A stretch of DNA of 64,000 nt from Oculina patagonica (taxonomy: Eukaryota), in contig NC_135761.1 of NCBI RefSeq assembly GCF_052425735.1, positions 47,368,001-47,432,000 of the forward strand, read 5' to 3'. Numbering within the stretch: the stretch's first letter is position 1; every line of letters begins with the position of its first letter. The translations under genes were made by a program, and so were the position numbers. A model generated the notes under the pieces. It was given only the letters and a program-made list of their open reading frames with translations, did not search any database and was not told the DNA's origin. This document shows, one piece after another, positions 50,879-61,065 of this stretch.

Positions 50879-53025
50879 CACTCACTCTCAACGGCCTATT
50901 GCGGAAACCTGTTTCTTGTTCAGTAAACGAAAACAAAATGGGTGAAAAAAGACAACCACAGTTACAAATATTGTGTATGTTGTGGTTTAAATTTCTCTTT
51001 GGTTTAATTTTTGTTGAAACCAGTTTGTCTTTTATTTCCCTTTGTTTCAGATTATGAAAATGAATATGTGACAATGAAATATCAAAATTAAACTGGTTTG
51101 AAAAATTTTTAACCAAAGAATAATTTAAACCACAAAATGTACATTAACTGCGAACCAGCAAACAATTGGATCCCTAACCCAAATACAAAGGCTAACCAGA
51201 AACTTTGATAACTTAGGGTCCTTAGCCGTTTGATAACTTAAGCTTACAAGACCAATTGAAGTGTGTCATGTATACTAACCGGAGTGTTTTTTGGTCTAAC
51301 AGGAGTGTGATAGACTAACAGGAGTGTGTTATTTAGTCTACCTCGAGTGCTATTTAGATTTAACAGAGTCTTATTTGAGCTAACCAGGAAGCGAGTTATG
51401 AGAGCCTTGTGGGCCAAAAATCCCTACTTGCTCTAATAAAAGGGCTAACGAAAAGCTTCCTTAGCTACCTTTGGCTCATTGCTATTTAGGCTCTGGGAGG
51501 CTATTAAAGCTGACCAGTCTGTTAATTAGGCTAACCAAAATGACTCAATGACTCGATGGCACGCACTTTTTTTGCACACCCTGTTACTTGCTTTTTGACT
51601 TATGGCCATAACCCTAGGTGGCTATAGGGCCGGACACCCTGTACGTCGTTTTAAATCGAGTTGAGCAATCACAATTCTCATGCCATTTTATTTGTCCCTT
51701 GAACAATTAAGCTTATCTGGTTTTGCAAGTACAGTCCACTCATTTTGCCTTCTCTAGCTTAATTTGCGGAAAGACACACCGAAGGCAAGATTTTGTAAGT
51801 TTTGTCGTTTCTCTAAAGATGGTTTTAACCCACTTCTGGCGTTTATGTTATATAATCGCAAGAGTCAATAGTGCAACGTCCATGAATCTAATTTGGTTTT
51901 ACCAAATTTATTCACATTAATGTGCGCATGATCGAGGATTAAAGAACAAATCTCTGGTAATCATCATAAGATGTACAGTATAATGGATGATTACCATACA
52001 CAGCTTAATAGGTCTAATGAAAGTAAGCTCGAAAAAAATATCCTTCAACCACTTCTTTCATTTAATGGGAAATAACATCAATTTATTATCTCAGCCTGAT
52101 ATGATCTGTTTTTAAAACAAACGTATGAAAGTTCGTCCTGCCGTCATACAAGACGCATGACACAGCGGAGGCATAATTCGATGGATAGACCACGAGTTTC
52201 AAGTATAACAGGAACCGACGCCTTCGTTGGACTACGAGAAGCCAAAATACAGTCGATATACAGGCGGGGGCGGGCGGAGAGGGAGGGGGGGGGGGGGGGG
52301 GGCGGGGCGGCGGGGGGGGGGGGACGGGAGGGGCGGAAAATCAGATAGAAAATATTTCAGTGCTCAGTGAACTGACAGTTTTCTAGTGTCAGAAAGACTA
52401 AAACGACGAGAAATGTCTTTAAACACGAGAAATTAATATCCCGAGGCAAATGTTAATCTCTCCGGCAAACTAATGCCCGGAGCTGCAATACAACAAATGA
52501 GAATTGGTAACCGGACCTTTATTGCAGTCTGCATATTTGGCTATGAATTATCGAACTAAGCCAATAAAACATTGCGTTAAAGCTTACATACAATGAAAGC
52601 GCTGTAAACGTTAATTGAATAAAGTTCAAATTTTGGTTTTGCATATAGCTGTTAGACTTAATGCACTAAACCACAAGTATCGAACAGTTCATTTCAACCG
52701 TGAAAAAATTTAACTGTATGTATACGTTGAGTGACCTTAAAGTTTGAAGTTTAATTTAACCCAAACATACCATTATACCTAACTGTCTAGTTGTTTATAG
52801 TCATTGTGGTATTATGTCATCGATGAAACTGTCGGGATGTTTATATTCGCCGATAATTCCACCAAGGACATTAATCAGTTTAATAGTATTAACAGCTACA
52901 TATGATGAAATAGATTGTTGAATATCGTTAGTGCTTGTTGTCGCTTTTCTACCTTCGGACTACAGCTTGCATTACTGTGGACTCAACACAGCATTGAAAC
53001 ATTACTAACACGTCAGCTGCATGTT

Positions 53026-53131
53026 ACTTACCTCAATAAAATCGGCCTATTTGATTGCGTAAACGTATTACAGGATTTTACATTAAACCCAGTCAAACAA
53101 AATGTTCCGGTTTACTAACCAACTGGAACTC
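53026..53131 (-). promoter_or_regulatory. Putative promoter block and non-coding first exon of copy C
   Basis: Same 29-mer at 53131-53103; donor GAG|GTAAGT at 53032/53031; acceptor at 50909/50908. Confidence 0.6.
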
Positions 53132-53187
53132 AAGACCAAGATGAATAAATAAACAAATAATGAAATGAGAATAAATAATGTTGCAGC

Positions 53188-53419
53188 TGTAAAGAACATT
53201 CACGAACGCTTTATTGCGCAAGAACTTGTTTTGTTTGTATAGATGTAACACGTGATCACCTGAATATAATCGATTGTACATTAGACTTTGACCAGTCCAT
53301 TAGCGAAGCGAAGACGAGTACACGATATCGAGTTCGAAACGAAGTTTTATGTTGTAAATAGGGACGAAATCGCGAATTAAACGGAAATTATTCAAATCAC
53401 AAACTCGAAGTTTATTATA
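53188..53419 (+). repeat. 5' LTR of BEL/Pao element (232 bp)
   Basis: Direct repeat of 60074-60304; by eye it differs by a single 1-bp indel (TTCGAAAC vs TTCAAAC). Confidence 0.96.
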
Positions 53420-53437
53420 TGGCGCCCAACGTGGGGC
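53420..53437 (+). other. Primer-binding site, tRNA-Lys(CTT) type
   Basis: TGGCGCCCAACGTGGGGC directly abuts the 5' LTR and is the known tRNA-Lys1,2 PBS sequence. Confidence 0.88.
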
Positions 53438-53459
53438 AGTGTTAGCGATACAAACGAAT

Positions 53460-55288
53460 ATGGACGAAAAGGAGATCGAAAGGCTGGCGCGTGTTCGCGC
53501 GAAACGCGGAGGAAATCGAAGTGTAATGACGAAACTGATGTACGAAGCGGAGGGCCTGCTCGAGGCGGAACCGATCGACAAAAAACGACTGAAGGTGATA
53601 GCGGATTCCCTTGACCAAAACCTGAAGTTAGTGAAGTCTCTCGACGAAGAAGTGATCGAAACATGTAATGTGGAGGAAATCGTTAAGGAGATAGAAGATT
53701 CTGACGAAATCAACTCACGAGTGATGGAAATGTTACGAAAGATAAATGAAGCTTTGAGCCCGAAACAGAACGACCCATTGACTGGAAAGAAAGACGGGAA
53801 ACATGCAACCTCTGGTTCTCTGCAGTCGACTGGCCCGATTACGGTAGATCCACCCGAAAATGGGGATTCTGGAAACGACCAAATTCTTCAAGTCCCTGGA
53901 ACGTTTATACCTGGAATGCAACCGCCACATGTTCCTTTGACCCAAACTGGAAATACTCAAGAACCAGGGAGTTCAGGTACGGCTTTTCAATTGCCTACTA
54001 ACTTAAACACAAATGCCACAGCCTTTCAGCCGAAGGCTAAGTTACCTAAGCTCGTTCTACCGAAATTCAGAGGAGATATTACGCAATGGCAGAGCTTTTG
54101 GGATAGCTTTAACAGCGCAATCCATACTAACCCACAATTGAGTCAAATCGATAAATTCAACCACTTGCATTCATTGTTGGAGGGTCAAGCTGCACGCGCT
54201 ATACAAGGGTTGACTCGAACGGATGCGAACTACAACTCGGCAATTGAACTGTTGCACAATCGTTTTGGCAAGACCCAGAACATTATCTCAAAGTACATGG
54301 ATGAGCTGCTTAAAATTCCTGCGTGTTCAGGAGATAAGGCTTCACAACTCCGGTTCGTATACGACAAGATTAGCATTAACGTACGAGGGTTAGCGTCATT
54401 GGGAGTGAATTGTACTCAGTATGGAAGCTTATTGATTCCAGTAATAATGTCCAAATTGCCACAAGAAGTGCGAATTCAAGTCGCGAGAAACACCGCTCGA
54501 GAGGTATGGGAAATTTCAGAGTTGTTAGATGTCATCCGACAGGAAGTCGAGGCTCGAGAGATTAGCGAAGGTGTAAAAACAAACGTGAACACTACGGAGA
54601 AACCAAAACAACCGCAGTTTAAATTACCCCCAACCGCAAATACTCTTGTTTCCATGCAAGGGAAAGAATTTCAAATTCGCTGCGTTTATTGCAATGGGGA
54701 GCATTACTCAGCCTCCTGCCCGAAAGTTCGAATATCCAAAGATCGAAAAGAAATTCTACAGAAGAATAATCGTTGTTTTATTTGCCTGAAAACTGGGCAT
54801 GGGGTAAATAACTGCGTCAAAACAAGGAAATGCCGACATTGCGATGGCAGACACCATCAATCGATTTGCCCAAGAATTGACACGCCTACGGAAGAGCAAA
54901 GAAACACGAATCGAAACGAAAACTCGAAGGAATCGCAAAACGAAAGTACGACAGTAACCACGACTACAACCGCGAATTCTCTGACCAAAGGAACTGTGTT
55001 ACTTCAAACAGCAAGTTGCATGGCGATCAACGGATCCAATTCAATTCCAGTGCGCGTACTCCTCGACAACGGAAGTCAACGATCATATGTTTCATCGAGT
55101 GTGTCTTCTCGTCTAAATTTAAAGCCTGTCAGTTCAGAAAATCTGAGCATCAACACCTTCGGGGACGCAAATTACCGGAAACAAAAATGCAATGTGGTAA
55201 AGCTATGTTTACAAACACGAAGTCACGAGGAATTGGAACTCTTTGCATTGAACTACCCTGTTATCTGTTCACCGCTGCCAAGCAAAAT
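53460..55288 (+). CDS. BEL/Pao gag-pol segment 1 (Gag, zinc knuckles, aspartic protease), interrupted by an insertion
   Basis: LPKLVLPKFRGDITQWQSFWDSF; CVYCNGEHYSASC, CFICLKTGHGVNNC and CRHCDGRHHQSIC; LLDNGSQRSY. The frame runs into the nested element at 55289. Confidence 0.9.
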
Positions 55289-56141
55289 TAACCTGCGATC
55301 AGGCATTATTTTTCTCGCGGCGGAGGGGTCAACGGAAAAATGAACGCCTGATACAATTACTTGTCGAGTCGTCTGTAAAAAGTCCAGAATCTGGACTTTT
55401 TTCTGATTGGTCAGAAAACAAAAGGCAACATTAAAACTCTATCCTGATTGGCTAATTGAGTTCAAATCTAATTTCTGGTCCAAAAATATCACGCGTAGAT
55501 GATTGTTATCATGGCGGGTGTTGAGCGGAATGAAGTAGAGAGCGAGTTCTTTTAGCTTTCAGAAAATATCTCAAGAGTTTTGTTCACAAAACATTTAAAG
55601 ACGAACAAAGGGAGTGTATTCGACGAATAGTTTGTAAAAGAAAAGATGTATTGGCGGTGCTTCCGACGGAATTCGGCAAGAGCGTGATCTATCACCAATG
55701 GTGTCGAAGATTATTACATCACACCACCAAAGACGCCAGACGATAGTGCCAGTGACGAAAACTACAACCTTGAAATGTCTAATTTGAGCCTTACACAAAA
55801 TCAGCCTTTGCAGAAAACATTCTGTAGTTGCTGTGCCTCGTTCTATAAAGAGTGCCGACACGGTGGACCGAAGTGGCCCTGCATTCTGTAGTTGCTCCCA
55901 AATTTTAAAAACCATCTGATCAGCTCGTTCAAAAGGGTTATTCAAACACACGTTTGTGAGAGTAAAAATATAATTCGAAGGCGCTAATCACGCTTATCTG
56001 ATGGCATCGCCGACATTCTCGACGACGTTGACAGATACTTTAATTAGGGGGCGGCAGACGACTTCACAAGTAATTGTATCAGGCTTTCCTTTTTTCGCCT
56101 TCCCTCCGCCGCGAAAAAAAAGAAAGCCTGATCGCAGGTTA
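55289..56141. mobile_element. Non-autonomous TIR DNA transposon (AcademH-like), 853 bp, nested in BEL gag-pol
   Basis: Perfect 16-bp TIR TAACCTGCGATCAGGC; 9-bp TSD AAGCAAAAT (55280-55288 and 56142-56150); internal RecQ-like helicase remnant. Removing it restores the host frame. The element is certain; the superfamily call is inference. Confidence 0.88.
55591..55700 (+). pseudogene. RecQ-like SF2 helicase motif-I remnant
   Basis: Translates as TFKDEQRECIRRIVCKRKDVLAVLPTEFGKSVIYHQ; compare RecQ-type DVLAVLPTGxGKSLxYQ. Confidence 0.75.
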
Positions 56142-56150
56142 AAGCAAAAT

Positions 56151-57263
56151 CAATGTTGCTGACTATGTCCATTTAGAGGGCCTCGATTTTGCAGACGACT
56201 TTGACAGTACCGAATCTATTGATGTCTTGATTGGTTCCGATTACTACTGGAACTTTGTAACTGGGGATTCCATTAAAGGCGAACATGGTCCAACCGCAGT
56301 TGACAGCAAATTTGGATGGCTGTTGTCTGGACCAACATACGATCAATCATCTAGCAATGTTGTCGCTTCCAATTTGATTATTTCCGGTGAATGCAATTCG
56401 ATGTTTGGAGGACAAGATGACGAATTGGTTGAGAGTTTGAAGAAATTCTGGGAGTCCGAGAGTACTGGAATTCTAGACGACTCCAAGATCGAACGACAAG
56501 TACCCGATATCGCAAAGCAAACCGATATCTCCTTCAATGGTCGGCACTACGAGACAAGATTGCCCTGGAAAGAAGACTGCGCGCCAACCTCAAACAACTA
56601 TGGTATGTGTGTGTCAAGACTACGATCCCTGCATCATAAACTAAGGAACGAACCGAATTTACTGAGCGATTACGACAAGATCATTCGAGAACATGAACAG
56701 GCCGGAATCGTTGAAAGGATTCCCGAAGAAGAAACAAGCAGTGACACGAGTCGAGCTTATTATTCGCCACACCATGCAGTTATCAGAAAGGATCGCGAAA
56801 CAACTAAAGTACGTATAGTATACGATGGGTCAGCAAAATCGTCCAAAGAGGAACTGTCACTAAACGACTGTTTAGAGACCGGCGATAATTACATTCCGCA
56901 CATATTTGACATGCTATCAAGATTTCGAAACAACCTTGTGGGTCTTACTGCAGACATCGAAAAGGCCTTTCTGATGGTGAGCATTAAAGAAGAAGACCGA
57001 AAAATGCTACGCTTCCTGTGGTTTGATAACCCAGAGCAAGACAGACCCAAAATAGCGCAATTTCGATTCAACCGGCTTTTGTTTGGATTACGACCATCAC
57101 CTTCGATACTTGGAGCAACAATAGCTCATCACTTGTCCTTGTACAAACAAAGTGAACCGGAAATGGCAGCGCTTCTCGAAAAATCATTCTACGTCGATGA
57201 TCTGCTTTCTGGAGCTGAAAACGATGAGAAGACCCTAGAAATTTATCACAAATCGAAAAAAAA
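56151..57263 (+). CDS. BEL/Pao gag-pol segment 2 (end of protease region, reverse transcriptase)
   Basis: DVLIGSDYYW, RIVYDGS, ADIEKAF, LLFGLRPSP and YVDD. It ends at an A8 run where the frame shifts. Confidence 0.9.
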
Positions 57264-60034
57264 TAATGGCAGACGGAGGATTCAATTTGAGAAAGTGGAA
57301 CTCTAACTCGCCTAAGGTGATGTCTGAGATTTCAAATTCTGAAAGGTCTCGAGAAGATACAATTACGCCAAGCAAATCGCGGTCAGATGTCACAATAATT
57401 GAAGATGATCAATCTTTCGCTAAAACGACTACTGGATTGGACAGTCCTTCTACGAAGGATGACACTGTCAGTAAAGTTCTAGGATTAAAGTGGAATACTC
57501 TCAGCGACGAACTTTTCTTCGATTTTTCCAGTTTACACACGTACGCGATGTCACTTCCGCTCAACAAGAGGTCCGTTTTAAAGGTCACAGCGAAGATCTT
57601 TGATCCGATGGGATTCTTAACGCCTTTCACGATAGGATTGAAGATTCTATTTCAAGAACTTTGCGTGGACAAAATCAATTGGGACGAACCGCTTCATGGA
57701 AAGCTTCTTGGAAGGTGGAAATCCTTGCTAGACGAAATCAGATGTTTCGAAACTGTGCGTATCCCGCGATGCTATTTTGTTACGACGCCTGTGGAGGTTC
57801 AAATACACGCCTTCGGCGACGCCTCCGAACACGCCTACGCCGCAGTTGTTTACTTGAGGTCTTGCTACGAAGATGGTCGTATTCACGTGAGCTTAGCAGC
57901 CTCCAAATCCAAAGTGGCACCCATGGCAAAGCAATCCATTCCGCGTTTAGAACTGTTAGGCGCTTTATCTCTTGCACGGCTAGTCGACAAGTTCAAGACA
58001 TCGATTGGAGGAAATCACAAAACTGTTTATTGGACTGACTCGATGACAACTTTGTGCTGGATCAAAAATCAAAGGATTTGGAAACAGTACGTGCAACACC
58101 GAGTCGACGAAATTCGCAGCCTAACTTCGAAGGATTCATGGCGACACTGCCCCGGTCATTTAAATCCTGCTGATTTGCCCTCGCGCGGTTTGACAGCTAA
58201 AACCCTTGCAACGTGCGAAACATGGTGGAAGGGACCCGAATTCTTGTACCTTCCCGAATCTGAATGGCCCGAGAATCGAACGACCCAGTCCGAAGATGAA
58301 TTGGTTCTCAAGGAAGTGGTCAAATCGCCGTCAACTACTGTGCACTCACTTGTGAGTAACTCAGCCAACATGCCAGAGAAGAAGATTGATCAGATAATCG
58401 ACATTAATCGATTTCACGACCTGACAAAATTACTTCGTGTTACCGCTCTCGTTATCAAGGCCGCTGAGTCATTCAAGAATTCAGTCATAAACAAAGAGGA
58501 TACTCGGAGAGAACACATGCGATTAAACGCAACAGATGTAAACGAAGCCGAACGACTGTGGATCCTTACAGTTCAACGGTCAGCCTTTTCCAAGGAAATC
58601 GCTTTTCTTCTGGGTAAAGAACGCAGTTGTACCCCTACAACGTACGTCACGCAGTTTGGATTGTTTTTGGACAAAGAAGTTATCAAGTGTAAGGGGAGAC
58701 TGAACAATGCACCGTTGCCTGTAAACACGAAGAATCCCATTCTACTGCCAGCCAAGCACGAATTCACCCGTTTACTAATCAAGCATTCACACGAGTCTGT
58801 GAAACACAGTGGTATCAGGGACACTTTAACGACATTACGAGAACGCTATTGGGTACTGCGTGGACGAGAAGCGGTGAAAGGGTTCATTCGAAGTTGCGTT
58901 ATTTGTCTCAAACACGAAGGTTCACCATACGGCCCCTTACCTCCTGACGACCTTCCTAGTAATCGAGTGTCAGAGGATCCGCCCTTTACGCATATAGGGC
59001 TCGACTTCGCCGGACCGTTGTACGTCGAAACGAAAAATTCAAAGGAAGAATGTAAAGAATCGCAAAAGGTCTATGTGTGCCTCTTCACGTGTGCCTTCAC
59101 CCGAGCTGTACATTTAGAACTAACACGAGGACTTAGTGTTGAATCGTTTTTACTTGCCTTCCGAAAGTTCACTAGTCGAAAGGGAGTGCCTGCCACCATC
59201 ACTTCTGACAACGCGAAGACGTTCAGATCTTCGTCTCAAGATATACGAAAGATAACGCGAGCAGAGGAAGTTTGGCGATACCTCGCGAACAAGCAGATCA
59301 CGTGGAATTTTATTGTCGAAAAGGCCCCGTGGTGGGGAGGATTTTGGGAACGGCTTGTGAGAAGCATCAAGAAACCCTTAAAGAAGGTCCTAGGGAGGTC
59401 TACACTCCGTTTTGACGAGTTGGAAACTGTTTTAGCGGAGATCGAAGCAGTCATCAATTCCAGACCCCTAACGTACGTGTACGATGACGAAGAGTCCATC
59501 TCTTACCCTTTGACACCTTCCGATTTGATTTATGGTCGACGAATCGCATCAACCCCGAACGCTGCTCACTATGACGTAATCAGTACCAATCAATCGCTCA
59601 CAAAGAAATTCCGTCATCATAAACATGTTCTTCAACAACTGACCAATCAGTGGCGTCGAGAATACCTACTCGAGTTGAAGGAACGATCTCAAGTTCGACC
59701 TAAGGGGAGCAACAAACGAAGTATTTCCATTGGAGACATCGTCTTGCTGAAAAACGATTCTACGAGTAGAGCTTTTTGGAAATTAGGAAAAGTCGAAGAA
59801 CTTATTCCCGGAAGAGATGGCAATGTTCGTGCGGCTGTGGTGAAATCTGTTAGTGATTCCGGTCGTCCGTCTCGTTTAAGAAGAGTCGTACAGCATTTGG
59901 TGCCCATCGAAGTAAAGGTGCAGCCTGAAGCTACAGTAACGAATGAAGTCCAATCAGCTAATCAAGGTGCAAGGCCAAGGCGCACCGCTGCAGTTGCTGG
60001 AGAGTCAAGACGAAGAGAACTTAACGTTGTGTAA
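57264..60034 (+). CDS. BEL/Pao gag-pol segment 3 (RT C-terminus, RNase H, integrase)
   Basis: FNLRKW, HAFGDASEHAYAA, IPRLELLGA, NPADLPSRG, HHCC zinc motif, GLDFAGP, SDNAKTF and APWWGGFWERLV. Confidence 0.92.
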
Positions 60035-60073
60035 ATAAGTTAGTTATTCGCTTTCACGATATAACTAGGGGAG

Positions 60074-60304
60074 TGTAAAGAACATTCACGAACGCTTTAT
60101 TGCGCAAGAACTTGTTTTGTTTGTATAGATGTAACACGTGATCACCTGAATATAATCGATTGTACATTAGACTTTGACCAGTCCATTAGCGAAGCGAAGA
60201 CGAGTACACGATATCGAGTTCAAACGAAGTTTTATGTTGTAAATAGGGACGAAATCGCGAATTAAACGGAAATTATTCAAATCACAAACTCGAAGTTTAT
60301 TATA
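60074..60304 (+). repeat. 3' LTR of BEL/Pao element (231 bp)
   Basis: Follows the PPT and is followed by the TSD GCAGC. Confidence 0.96.
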
Positions 60305-61065
60305 GCAGCAACATCCAGCTTTGTTTTTACTTTCCTACATGTAAAAATAGCATACTTAAAATGCTAGCTTTCGCCGATCCACGGCATCATCAGGTATTGA
60401 AGAATATTCCGCGTGGGCCTTTACATAAAAAGCGCAAGAATGCGGGAAGAATGTAAAATATATGAGAATAACAAAGTACAAATATGAATAAGTGTCATTG
60501 TACAAAGAGTCTCTCCAGAATTCACTGCATTCCTCTCTAGTGTTGACTAGTATTAGTTAGTATTTTCTTTTGTAAATTGCTTCGAATAGGCGTAGACTAA
60601 ATTGTATGACTCAAAGGTTTCCATTATATAACCAAAAGTATTGAACGGTTCATTTCAACTGTGTAAAATTTAGTGTTGAATTAAGTTGTCTTTAAGTTAT
60701 TTTCAATTTGAAGTTTGGTTTAGCCATGCAAAACATGTCAGTATAACTGGTTGGGGTGTTACTAAACTTCTAGCAATCGCTGCTAGTCGAAGTCTACTAG
60801 AATAGTCATTTAAGTTTGACAATCTGGTTCGTTAAAATACTCGTATTTACAAGTTCGTGCAATCTTGAATGTGTTTGCCGCATGTTGTAGCTGTAAGACG
60901 TATAAAACACTTTTTTTAAAAGCACTGCTTTGAAATGACATAGTTGTAAAAAGCAACATGTTATCTGTTGTCTGAATTGTTTTTCTTGGGAGGAAAAAAA
61001 TGACCACATTTTTGCACTCTCTATCTTTTTTTTTAACCGAGTTCTTCTTTCATTAAATAGGTTAT

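Larger units (their letters stand above)
53188..60304 (+). mobile_element. Full-length BEL/Pao LTR retrotransposon, recent insertion
   Basis: LTRs at 53188-53419 and 60074-60304, TSD GCAGC (53183-53187 and 60305-60309), PBS at 53420-53437, PPT AGGGGAG at 60067-60073, and gag-PR-RT-RH-IN order with three Cys/His knuckles. Confidence 0.97.

Noticed and set aside
52255-52340. Second G-rich tract and its 63-aa ORF
   Set aside because: Same artefact-like pattern; no counterpart in the paralogous leader introns.
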